Translations under genes and position numbers: made by a program
Shown here: one piece after another, positions 7,764 through 16,128 of the stretch
How positions within the stretch are numbered: position 1 is the stretch's first letter
How the letters are laid out: each line of letters starts with the position of its first letter
Notes under the pieces: model-generated
Database searches by the model: none
Told to the model about the DNA's origin: nothing
What the model saw: the letters and a program-made list of their open reading frames with translations, nothing else
Assembly (NCBI GenBank): GCA_031292385.1
Contig: JARLHE010000025.1
Location: 3,491-35,490, forward strand
Direction: 5' to 3'
DNA from: Oligoflexia bacterium
GTDB taxonomy: Bacteria; Bdellovibrionota; UBA1018
Length of the DNA: 32,000 bases

Positions 7764-10700
7764 ATGGCAAATCAATCCGCGGCCCCATCCCCCTTGTTCT
7801 CGTCCGTTAAACCTGACGTCAATCTTCCCGAACAGGAAGAGAGCATCCTGAATTTTTGGGATCAAACCCGAATTTTTGAAAAGTCGCTCAGCGCGGCCAC
7901 GCACTCCAAAACCTACAGTTTTTACGACGGCCCTCCGTTTGCGACGGGTCTTCCGCACTACGGTCATCTGTTGGCCGGCGTTCTCAAAGACGTTGTCCCC
8001 CGCTATTGGACGATGAAAGGGTACCGGGTTCCCCGCCGTTTCGGCTGGGATTGCCACGGCCTTCCGGTCGAATACGAGATCAATAAGGCGCACAAAATCG
8101 AAAGCCGCAAAGACATCCTGAAGATGGGCGTGGCCAATTATAACGCCGCCTGCCGATCCATCGTGAAGCGCTACTCGGAAGAATGGAAAAAAACCGTTCG
8201 CCGGGTCGGCCGCTGGGTGGACATGGAAAAGCCTTACTTCACGATGGATGTCAGCTTCATGCAGAGCGTGTGGTGGGTTTTCAAGCAGCTCCACGAGCAG
8301 GGCCTCATTTATGAAGGCTATAAGGTCGTCCCCTATTCGGTCGGCATCTCCACCCCTCTTTCCAATTTCGAAGCCAATCTGAACTACAAGATGGTTCAGG
8401 ATCCGGCCATCACCATCAGTTTTCCGGTCGCTGGCCAGCCTCAGGTTTCTCTTCTCGCCTGGACGACCACTCCTTGGACCCTGCCGAGCAATCTGGCGCT
8501 CGCCGTCGGAAACGACATCGACTACGTCAAGGCGCGGGAAATCTCTTCAGGACGCGTATTCATCTTGGCAAACGCGCTTTTGGGCTCGGTTTTCAAAGAT
8601 CCCGCAAAAGAGCTCGAGATTCTGGAAACCGTCAAGGGGCGCGCACTGGTGGGACTCAAGTACGAGCCGCTGTTTTCATTTTTCGGCGACAAGGCCAAAG
8701 AGGGCGCCTTTCGGGTCATTCATTCGGATCACGTGACGACCGAATCCGGCACCGGCATCGTTCATATGGCACCCGCCTTCGGCGAAGACGACTACTTTGC
8801 GTGCGCGCGGGAAGGAATCCCGATCGTCAACCCGGTCGACGACGACGGGATGTTCACCTCGGAAGTCCCGCCTTACCAGGGAAAGCGCGTCAAAGACGCG
8901 GATAAAGACATCATCGCGGATTTGAAAAAGACGGGCCGGCTTTTCAAGCAGGAGACCATCAACCACAGCTATCCCTACTGCTACCGCTCGGATACGCCGC
9001 TGATCTATCGCGCGGTTTCGAGCTGGTTTGTCGCGGTCGAGAAAATCAAAGAGCGTCTCATCGCCTGCAACAAAACCACGAACTGGGTCCCGGATCACCT
9101 TCGGGACGGGCGATTCGGCAATTGGCTCGAGAACGCCCGCGACTGGGCGATCTCGCGCAATCGCTTTTGGGGCACCCCGCTGCCGATCTGGCGCAATAGC
9201 GAAGGCGAGCTGATCTGCATCGGCTCGCGCGAGGAGCTTGAGAAACTTTCGGGCGTCAAAGTGGATGATCTCCACATAGATGTCATCGATCACGTCACGA
9301 TCCCTTCGCCGACCGGAAAATCGCCGCTCAAACGCGTCGAAGGCGTGCTCGATTGCTGGTTCGAATCGGGCTCGATGCCCTACGCTCAATGGGGTTACCC
9401 GGAAACGAACGTCGATGCCTTCAAAGCCGCTTTTCCAGCGGATTTCATCGCCGAAGGTCTCGATCAGACGCGCGGCTGGTTTTACACCTTGATGGTCATC
9501 GGCACCGCGCTTTTCGACCAGGCGCCCTTTCGCAACGTGATCGTCAACGGCCTGGTCTTGGCCGAAGACGGCCGCAAAATGTCGAAAAGCCTCCGCAACT
9601 ATCCGGACCCGATGGAAGTGCTTCATCGCCACGGCGCGGATGCGCTGCGCCTGTACATGATCGACTCGCCGGTGGTGAAAGCCCAGGAATTGAAATTCTC
9701 CGAAAACGGCGTGCGCGACATCGTCCGAAAAATCCTTTTGCGCTGGTGGAATTCGTATTCTTTCTTCGTGAACTACGCCAACATCGACGGGTTCCGCCCG
9801 CGGGGCGACGCGAAGCGGTCTCCGAATATTTTAGACCAGTGGGTGCTCTCGCGCCTGCACGCCCTGATCGCCAACACCCAGACGGAGATGTCGGCCTATC
9901 GGCTCTACAACGTCGTCCCCGAGCTTCTGCAATTCATCGAAGACCTTACGAACACCTACATCCGATTCAATCGCAGCCACTTTTGGCAAGACGGAATGCC
10001 CGAAGACAAGCGCCTCGCCTATGAGACCTTATACGAAGTCCTGACGACCCTCTCGCGGCTCATGGCGCCGTTCGCGCCGTTTTTAGCGGAAACGACGTAT
10101 CAAAACCTCGCTCAAGGTCTCCCGAACCGAAAAGAAAGCGTTCATCTCGAGGAATTCCCCGAATCCGACTCCTCGCTCGGAAAGCCCGAGCTCGAGCAGG
10201 CCGTGCGCGCGATGGAAGCGCTGGTCGCCATGGGACGAAATCACCGCGAAAAAATTTCGGTGAAGGCCAAAATTCCGCTTTTGGAGATGAAGGTCATTCA
10301 CCGGGACCCGAAGGTTCTGGAAACCCTGAAAAAGTTCGAGCCCTATTTCAAAGATGAGCTGAATGTCCGCCAGGTGATCTACGACAGCAACGAAGACCAC
10401 TATATTCAGATCACGGCCAAGGCCAATTTTCCGGTCCTTGGAAAGCGACTGGGAGCCAAGATGAAAGCCGTGGGATCTGCGATTCAAAAGCTTGAGCTCC
10501 CGCAGCTTTTAGAGCTCGAAGCGGGCCGAACGCTCACCCTTGAAGGTGAAGCCATTCAACAATCGGATGTCGAGATCCGCCGCGCGCCGCGCGGGGAAAA
10601 TCCCAATCTCGAGACCCATCAACTGGTCTCGATCGAAATGGATCATACGGTGACGGAAGAGCAGATTCGCGAAGGCCTGGCGCGCGAGATCACGCGAAAA

Positions 10701-10925
10701 ATCCAAGCCGCGAGAAAGAGCGCCGATTTCAATCTCGCCGACCGGATTTCGCTGGAGCTCGGCTGCGGGGGCGCGCTCAAACAAGCGGCCGAAACCCATC
10801 AACAGATGATTTGCGGCGAGACGCTTGCGACCCGCTTCAGCTTTTCTGAAAAGCCGACCGGAAAGTATGTCGAGGAAGCCGAGATTGACGGAAATACTCT
10901 CTGGATCGGCATCACTCCGCTGTGA
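7764..10925 (+). CDS. ileS: isoleucine--tRNA ligase, type 2 (eukaryote-like)
   Basis: 1053 aa. Class-I HIGH region YDGPPFATGLPHYGH and a KMSKS loop. The type-2 N-terminal signature (type-1 enzymes read ...GPPYANG.IHIGH) and the length fit type-2 IleRS. Confidence 0.97.
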   Translation: MANQSAAPSPLFSSVKPDVNLPEQEESILNFWDQTRIFEKSLSAATHSKTYSFYDGPPFATGLPHYGHLLAGVLKDVVPRYWTMKGYRVPRRFGWDCHGLPVEYEINKAHKIESRKDILKMGVANYNAACRSIVKRYSEEWKKTVRRVGRWVDMEKPYFTMDVSFMQSVWWVFKQLHEQGLIYEGYKVVPYSVGISTPLSNFEANLNYKMVQDPAITISFPVAGQPQVSLLAWTTTPWTLPSNLALAVGNDIDYVKAREISSGRVFILANALLGSVFKDPAKELEILETVKGRALVGLKYEPLFSFFGDKAKEGAFRVIHSDHVTTESGTGIVHMAPAFGEDDYFACAREGIPIVNPVDDDGMFTSEVPPYQGKRVKDADKDIIADLKKTGRLFKQETINHSYPYCYRSDTPLIYRAVSSWFVAVEKIKERLIACNKTTNWVPDHLRDGRFGNWLENARDWAISRNRFWGTPLPIWRNSEGELICIGSREELEKLSGVKVDDLHIDVIDHVTIPSPTGKSPLKRVEGVLDCWFESGSMPYAQWGYPETNVDAFKAAFPADFIAEGLDQTRGWFYTLMVIGTALFDQAPFRNVIVNGLVLAEDGRKMSKSLRNYPDPMEVLHRHGADALRLYMIDSPVVKAQELKFSENGVRDIVRKILLRWWNSYSFFVNYANIDGFRPRGDAKRSPNILDQWVLSRLHALIANTQTEMSAYRLYNVVPELLQFIEDLTNTYIRFNRSHFWQDGMPEDKRLAYETLYEVLTTLSRLMAPFAPFLAETTYQNLAQGLPNRKESVHLEEFPESDSSLGKPELEQAVRAMEALVAMGRNHREKISVKAKIPLLEMKVIHRDPKVLETLKKFEPYFKDELNVRQVIYDSNEDHYIQITAKANFPVLGKRLGAKMKAVGSAIQKLELPQLLELEAGRTLTLEGEAIQQSDVEIRRAPRGENPNLETHQLVSIEMDHTVTEEQIREGLAREITRKIQAARKSADFNLADRISLELGCGGALKQAAETHQQMICGETLATRFSFSEKPTGKYVEEAEIDGNTLWIGITPL

Positions 10926-10932
10926 TTCCCTC

Positions 10933-11709
10933 ATGAGTTCCGAGCAGTTTCAGTTTGAAGCGATTGGCCATGTGGAGAGCTGTTTCAAGGAGAAGTTCGG
11001 GATTCCCCGGCAGCCTGGACTTGTCCCCGAAGCCAAAGGCATCATTCAGCTCAAAAACGACCCGAACCTCCGAACCGCCATTCGCGACTTGGAAGGATTC
11101 AGTCATCTTTGGCTGATTTTCGTTTTCCATAAACATGGAAGCCGAAATTGGAAACCCAGCATCCGCCCGCCCCGCTTGGGTGGCGCACGCAAGGTAGGCG
11201 TTCTCTCCTCCCGCTCCCCTCATCGACCGAACCCCATAGGTTTATCGGCGGTAGGGCTCGAAAAAATCGTCTTGGACGCACCCCAAGGCCCGCAGCTTCA
11301 TGTGAGCGGCATCGACCTGCTCGATGGCACGCCGATCCTGGACATCAAGCCTTATCTGCCTTTCGCGGATTCTTTGCCGCAAGCGACGGCGGGATGGGCT
11401 CATGAAGAGATTCGGCGAGTTCCGGTGGAATTCACCCCGGAAGCCCTGGCATTGGTCAGCGAGATCGAAAGTCGCGGAGGATATCCGAACTTAAGACAGC
11501 TCATCACGGAGATGCTCTCGCTCGACCCAAGGCCTGCTTTTCAGCAGCGGCAGCTGCCGCATAACTCGCCGCTCGCTCAAAACACCGAACACGGCTTCCG
11601 CCTATTTGAATACGATGTTCACTGGAAGATTCACGACGAGAAGTTCTTGGTCCTGAGAGTCGTCGACTTCATCGAATTCACGGTCAAAACCTCACCCGTC
11701 ACGCCGTAA
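10933..11709 (+). CDS. trmO: tRNA (N6-threonylcarbamoyladenosine(37)-N6)-methyltransferase TrmO (TsaA/YaeB family)
   Basis: The ATG at 10933, 8 nt after the ileS stop, gives MSSEQFQFEAIGHVESCFKEKFGIPRQPGL... Also present: RPNPIGLS and DGTPILDIKPYLP, typical of YaeB/TsaA. The listed ORF start at 10825 overlaps ileS and is rejected. Confidence 0.85.
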   Translation: MSSEQFQFEAIGHVESCFKEKFGIPRQPGLVPEAKGIIQLKNDPNLRTAIRDLEGFSHLWLIFVFHKHGSRNWKPSIRPPRLGGARKVGVLSSRSPHRPNPIGLSAVGLEKIVLDAPQGPQLHVSGIDLLDGTPILDIKPYLPFADSLPQATAGWAHEEIRRVPVEFTPEALALVSEIESRGGYPNLRQLITEMLSLDPRPAFQQRQLPHNSPLAQNTEHGFRLFEYDVHWKIHDEKFLVLRVVDFIEFTVKTSPVTP

Positions 11710-12476
11710 CTCACCTCGCGAAAGGTGAGATTTCCCTTTTGATCGACCAGAAGCACGCTCGATGCCCGCGTTCCGTAGCGGGAGATCTCGCCATTTTTTT
11801 CCGGAACCCGCACGAAGATCGAAGAAAGCTCCCGCTCGCGAGCAAGTCCAACCCCGGTATCGGGAAGAACCTCGTCAGGCGCCCGAGCCTCATCCCGAAG
11901 CAGCGCGATCAGCTCGTCGATCACCACATCGGCACGGGGCGCTTCAGTGGCCCCTGAATAAGAGCGCAAAATTTCACTTATTTTCTCACGGCCTCGACGA
12001 ACCTTGGGCCAGTCCGCATTTCGCGGACCGTTACTAAAGCCATGAATGCCGCGAGAAATCTCGACCGGTACGGGCTCGCGATAGCCCACCCAATGAGGCG
12101 ATGCGGAAAACCCGAGATCCCCCACCAAGAGATTGAAAGGACGATAGCGATCCATACGAGGAGAGAGCTCTTCAAGCCACGCTCGATCGGTTTTTTGCGA
12201 GAACACGAAATCGGTGACCAAGCTCCCCCGAGAGAGCGCCTCCGGATTTTCGGGCAAGCCGACCAAGCGAAAATTCATCACAAGCGCCCAGCGCCCTGCC
12301 TGAGTCACGCCAAACCACGTCCCGCCGGCTTGAAGATCCTGGCCTGCGAAAAAATCGGGATGCGCGGGCCAAAAATGAGCCGGCCGCGCGGGCCGGTCAA
12401 AAAATTCGTCCCGATTCGCGGCAAGTATCAGTGGAAATTCCGGATTGATTCCAATGGCCAAGAAACAAACGCACAT
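11631..12476 (-). CDS. NRDE-family protein (TANGO2-like)
   Basis: The ATG at 12476 is preceded by GAGGAGG and gives MCVCFLAIGINPEFPLILAANRDEFFDRP, i.e. the N-terminal Met-Cys and the NRDE motif. Its 3' end overlaps the trmO 3' end by 79 nt. Confidence 0.8.
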   Translation of the reverse strand: MCVCFLAIGINPEFPLILAANRDEFFDRPARPAHFWPAHPDFFAGQDLQAGGTWFGVTQAGRWALVMNFRLVGLPENPEALSRGSLVTDFVFSQKTDRAWLEELSPRMDRYRPFNLLVGDLGFSASPHWVGYREPVPVEISRGIHGFSNGPRNADWPKVRRGREKISEILRSYSGATEAPRADVVIDELIALLRDEARAPDEVLPDTGVGLARERELSSIFVRVPEKNGEISRYGTRASSVLLVDQKGNLTFREVSYGVTGEVLTVNSMKSTTLRTKNFSS

Positions 12477-12604
12477 GGCCGCCTCCTCGGCCAAATTCTA
12501 ACATATCACTAGCCAACCCGCGCGCTTTCCTGCTAAAAACCAACCCGAACGCATTGACCCAAAACTTTTTGGGCAGTGACTTCGGACACGGATCGGGCAG
12601 TTAA

Positions 12605-13390
12605 TTGATCGCTAAAATGACGCTTCCATCAGCTGAACCCTCAGCTCATGATTCCCCTTTCGGGGCCGCTTACGGAATTGTAGGCGACGGGCGAGTGGCT
12701 CGTCATTTTCTATTCTACTTAAAAAGCCTGGGCCTTACGGTTCACTCCTGGTCCCGCCGATCCGCCACCGCGCCGTTACCGTTACCGTTAAAAGAAGCGC
12801 TGCGCGACTGCTCCGTTATCTTGATTCTGGTTTCCGACCCCGCGATCGAAGAAATCGCCCAAGAGTTTCCCGATCGGCTTTGCTTCCATTTCTCCGGATC
12901 GCTCGTCACGCCCTTTGCTCACGGCGCGCATCCGCTCATGAGCTTCGGTCCGGAGCTCTATCCTCTGGCCGAGTACGAAAAGATCCCGTTCATTCTCGAA
13001 ATGGATGCCGAGCGTGTTTTCAAGCAGGCATTCCCAGCCTTGAAGAACCCGACTCACCTCATTCGCAAGGAAGACAAAACCCGCTACCACGCGCTTTGCG
13101 CCATGGCCGGGGGACTCTCTTCGCTTCTTTGGGCCAAGCTTTTCTCCGAACTCGAATCCTCCTTCGGCATTCCGCCGGAAGCAGCGGTTCCCTTCTTGGA
13201 GCGCGTCTCCCGCAATCTGGCGACGCACCCGCAAACACCGGAGCGTTTTTTCACCGGGCCGATCATCCGCGGCGACCATGCAGCCGTCGCCCGGCATCTC
13301 GAAGCCTTAAGCAACGACCCCTATCGCGCCGTTTATCAATCGTTCGAATCCGCCTATCTGGCCAATGAACGGGAGGTTCAATCACCATGA
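12605..13390 (+). CDS. Rossmann-fold + DUF2520-like oxidoreductase; candidate ketopantoate reductase of the pan operon
   Basis: N-terminal dinucleotide-binding loop YGIVGDGRVARHF and a C-terminal FTGPIIRGDHAAVARHLEAL resembling DUF2520. An ATGA stop/start overlap joins it to panB. The start is TTG 12605 or ATG 12617. Confidence 0.75.
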   Translation: MIAKMTLPSAEPSAHDSPFGAAYGIVGDGRVARHFLFYLKSLGLTVHSWSRRSATAPLPLPLKEALRDCSVILILVSDPAIEEIAQEFPDRLCFHFSGSLVTPFAHGAHPLMSFGPELYPLAEYEKIPFILEMDAERVFKQAFPALKNPTHLIRKEDKTRYHALCAMAGGLSSLLWAKLFSELESSFGIPPEAAVPFLERVSRNLATHPQTPERFFTGPIIRGDHAAVARHLEALSNDPYRAVYQSFESAYLANEREVQSP

Positions 13391-14205
13391 GCACGCACAC
13401 GTCCACACCGAGAAAACTATCGGCTCTCGATTTCAACCGGATGAAAAAGGAGAAGCGCAAAATCTCCATGGTGACCTGCTATGACTTCGCCTACGCGCGG
13501 GTTCTGGCCGACACCGAAATCGATATGCTTTTGGTCGGCGATTCCTGCGCGATGGTCATGCATGGCCATCCCTCAACGCTGCTCGCGACCCCGGAAATGA
13601 TGGCAACGCATACCGCTGCCGTTTCACGCGGAGCGCCCAACAAATTTCTCGTCACGGACATGCCCTTTCTGTCTTTCCGCAAAGGAATCGCTCCGGCCCT
13701 GGAGTGCGTCGATCTCTTGATGAAGGCGGGCGCCGAAGCGCTAAAAATCGAGGGCGTTCGCGGCCACGAAGAGACCATCCGCGCGATCGTCGAAAGCGGA
13801 GTACCCGTGCAAGGGCACTTGGGCCTCACCCCCCAATCCATTCACCAAATGGGAGGATTCAAAGTCCAAGGACGCGGGGCAGAGCAGGCGCAGGCGCTCC
13901 TCGAAGACGCCCTGACACTCGAGCGTTTAGGCTGCTTCTCGGTCGTGCTCGAGTGCGTTCCGAGCGAGATTGGCCGCCAAATCTCGGAAAAATTAACGAT
14001 CCCCACCATCGGGATCGGCGCCGGGCCCTCAACCGACGGCCAGGTATTAGTCCTGCAAGACATGCTGGGAATGAATCCCGATTTCCAGCCGAAGTTTCTG
14101 CGCCATTACTTCACGGGAAAATCAGCGGTTCGAGATGCCGTCAATCGCTACCACGAGGACGTATTGAAAGAGCGCTTCCCCTCCGCCTCGGAAAGTTACT
14201 TATGA
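13387..14205 (+). CDS. panB: 3-methyl-2-oxobutanoate hydroxymethyltransferase
   Basis: 272 aa. KISMVTCYDFAYARVL...LLVGDSCAMVMHGH...VTDMPF...ALKIEG, typical of PanB. Confidence 0.95.
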   Translation: MSTHTSTPRKLSALDFNRMKKEKRKISMVTCYDFAYARVLADTEIDMLLVGDSCAMVMHGHPSTLLATPEMMATHTAAVSRGAPNKFLVTDMPFLSFRKGIAPALECVDLLMKAGAEALKIEGVRGHEETIRAIVESGVPVQGHLGLTPQSIHQMGGFKVQGRGAEQAQALLEDALTLERLGCFSVVLECVPSEIGRQISEKLTIPTIGIGAGPSTDGQVLVLQDMLGMNPDFQPKFLRHYFTGKSAVRDAVNRYHEDVLKERFPSASESYL

Positions 14206-14978
14206 AAGTTTTCGAGACGATTGCCGATTGGAGAAAATTTCGAGAAGCCCTCGAGCCGGGCACTATCGGGTTCGTGCCGACAATGGGAGCGCTTCACGCC
14301 GGGCATGCTTCGCTGCTCAAAAAAAGCGCGTCGGAGAACGCCTGGACGGTGGCAAGCATTTTCGTGAACCCCACTCAATTCAACGACCCGAAGGATCTCG
14401 AAAACTATCCGCGGACGCTCGAGCCCGATCTCGCGCTCGCGGAATCCTGCGGCGTCGATTTTGTTTTGTCTCCTAGCTCGCGCGAGGAGCTCTATCCGGA
14501 CGGGTATCGCTACCGCGTTTCGGAAAACGACTTCTCGAATCGCCTCTGCGGCGCGCACCGCCCCGGCCACTTCGAGGGCATGCTGACCGTTGTTTTAAAG
14601 CTTTTGAATCTCGTCGCGCCCACGCGCGCCTATTTCGGTGAAAAGGATTTTCAGCAGCTGGCCTTAATTCAAGGCATGGCCAAAGCCTTTTTCCTGCCGA
14701 TTGAAATCATCGGTTGCCCGACCGCAAGAGAAGCCGACGGACTTGCCATGAGCTCGCGCAACACCCGCCTTGCGCCGGGAGAGCGGGAGCTTGCCGCGCG
14801 ATTCCCCCGCATTTTATCGAATCGAGAACTGAGCGCGTCGCAGGCCGCCGAAGAACTCGCTCGAAGCGGATTCGAGGTCGATTACGTGGAAGATCGCGAC
14901 GGGCGGCGCTTCGGCGCCGTGCGCCTTGGGAATGTCCGACTCATTGATAATTTCGGGAATTTCGGAGCCTCAAAATGA
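14202..14978 (+). CDS. panC: pantoate--beta-alanine ligase
   Basis: The ATG at 14202 (ATGA overlap with the panB stop) gives MKVFETIADWRKF...GFVPTMGALHAGHASLL (HxGH motif), then IFVNPTQF and FGEKDFQQ. The listed ORF start at 13704 lies inside panB and is rejected. Confidence 0.95.
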   Translation: MKVFETIADWRKFREALEPGTIGFVPTMGALHAGHASLLKKSASENAWTVASIFVNPTQFNDPKDLENYPRTLEPDLALAESCGVDFVLSPSSREELYPDGYRYRVSENDFSNRLCGAHRPGHFEGMLTVVLKLLNLVAPTRAYFGEKDFQQLALIQGMAKAFFLPIEIIGCPTAREADGLAMSSRNTRLAPGERELAARFPRILSNRELSASQAAEELARSGFEVDYVEDRDGRRFGAVRLGNVRLIDNFGNFGASK

Positions 14979-15745
14979 TCCTCGCTCTCGATGTCGGAAA
15001 CAGCCAGATCCATGGCGGGGTCTATCAACAAGACACGCTGCTCATGCAATTTCGAAAGAACACCCGGCCCGGAAATTCCTCCGATGAAATCGGGCTGTTT
15101 CTGCGCTCGGTGCTCCGGGAAAACGATGTTGATCCCGCCCTCGTCCGCCATGTGGCGATCTGCTCAGTCGTGCCGGACGTAATTCATTCGCTGAGGGGTG
15201 CCTGCCAGAAGTATTTCAAGATCACACCGTTCATCCTCGCTGCCGGCGCGCGCACCGGGCTCAACGTCAAATACCGGAATCCGCTCGAAGTCGGCACCGA
15301 CCGCATCGCGAACGCGATCGCGGGCGCCCATCTTTATCCGGGCTCGAACCTCATCATCGCGGATTTCGGAACGGCAACCACCCTGGATGTCGTCACCGCC
15401 GAGAAGGACTACCTGGGAGGCTTGATTTTACCCGGCCTCAAAATCTCCATGGAAGCGCTTGAATCGAAAACGGCGCGCCTCCCTTCGGTTGAGATCATCC
15501 GCCCGGCTTCAATCATCGGAAAATCCACGACCGAAAGCATCCAGGCCGGCCTTTATTTCCAAAATCTTTACGCGCTCAAGGGAATCTGCGCGCAAATCTG
15601 CACGGAAACCTTCGGCGGCAAAAACACCCTGATTTTGGGAACCGGCGGATTTTCACGCATGTTCGAAAACGAGGGAGTTTTCGACGCCATGATTCCGGAA
15701 CTCGTTTTAACCGGGCTGAACCTAGCGCTCCGCCTCAATATTTAA
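14975..15745 (+). CDS. coaX: type III pantothenate kinase
   Basis: [15 protein letters not shown]..., GTDRIANAI and DFGTATT motifs. ATGA overlap with panC. Confidence 0.92.
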   Translation: MILALDVGNSQIHGGVYQQDTLLMQFRKNTRPGNSSDEIGLFLRSVLRENDVDPALVRHVAICSVVPDVIHSLRGACQKYFKITPFILAAGARTGLNVKYRNPLEVGTDRIANAIAGAHLYPGSNLIIADFGTATTLDVVTAEKDYLGGLILPGLKISMEALESKTARLPSVEIIRPASIIGKSTTESIQAGLYFQNLYALKGICAQICTETFGGKNTLILGTGGFSRMFENEGVFDAMIPELVLTGLNLALRLNI

Positions 15746-15755
15746 AGGAACGAAA

Positions 15756-16103
15756 ATGAGAAGAACCCTTTTGAAATCGAAAATTCACCGCGCCACGATC
15801 ACCGAAGCCGATCTCAACTACGAGGGCTCCATCAGCATCGATGCCACGCTTTGCGAGCAGGCCAATCTCCTGGAATACGAACGCGTGGAGATTTACGACT
15901 GCAATAACGGAAACCGCTTCGCCACCTACGTGATCCACGGCAAGCCGGGCGAGATTTGCGTCAACGGCGCCGCCGCAAGGCTCGTGCACCGAGGCGATAT
16001 CGTGATCATCACCTCGTTTGCCGAGTTCGAAGAAGACGAAGCGCGGAACTTTCACCCCATCAAGGTCTTCGTCGACGGACAGAACCGAAAACGGGAGCTC
16101 TGA
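15756..16103 (+). CDS. panD: aspartate 1-decarboxylase (pyruvoyl-dependent)
   Basis: [29 protein letters not shown] contains the Gly-Ser self-cleavage site. 115 aa. Confidence 0.95.
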   Translation: MRRTLLKSKIHRATITEADLNYEGSISIDATLCEQANLLEYERVEIYDCNNGNRFATYVIHGKPGEICVNGAAARLVHRGDIVIITSFAEFEEDEARNFHPIKVFVDGQNRKREL

Positions 16104-16126
16104 TTAGGGTTTCAAAAAAACCTTAA
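16104..16126. terminator. hairpin filling the gap between the convergent panD and secreted-protein genes (possible bidirectional terminator)
   Basis: TTAGGGTTT-CAAAA-AAACCTTAA: a 9-bp stem with one G:T pair, flanked by A/T on both sides. It occupies almost the whole 25-nt intergenic gap. Confidence 0.4.
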
Positions 16127-16128
16127 AG

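Noticed and set aside
12495-12503. Extended -10-like TGTTAGAAT (minus strand) upstream of the NRDE gene
   Set aside because: The predicted TSS would fall inside the GAGGAGG Shine-Dalgarno sequence of the gene, and no -35 element is evident. It is too uncertain to call.
12773-12790. Tandem hexamer (CCGTTA)x3
   Set aside because: It lies in frame inside the DUF2520-like gene and simply encodes PLPLPL in a linker. There is no sign of a larger repeat structure.
13704-14201. Long N-terminal extension of the panC ORF (listed start 13704)
   Set aside because: The extension lies out of frame inside panB and is R/P/G-rich. The ATG at 14202 overlaps the panB stop (ATGA) and begins a normal PanC N-terminus. 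Similar extensions were trimmed for trmO (10825-10932), gnd (27005-27115), pgl (29405-29569), the S8 protease (19810-19932), the ACD protein (24993-25061) and the secreted 628-aa protein (18016-18159).
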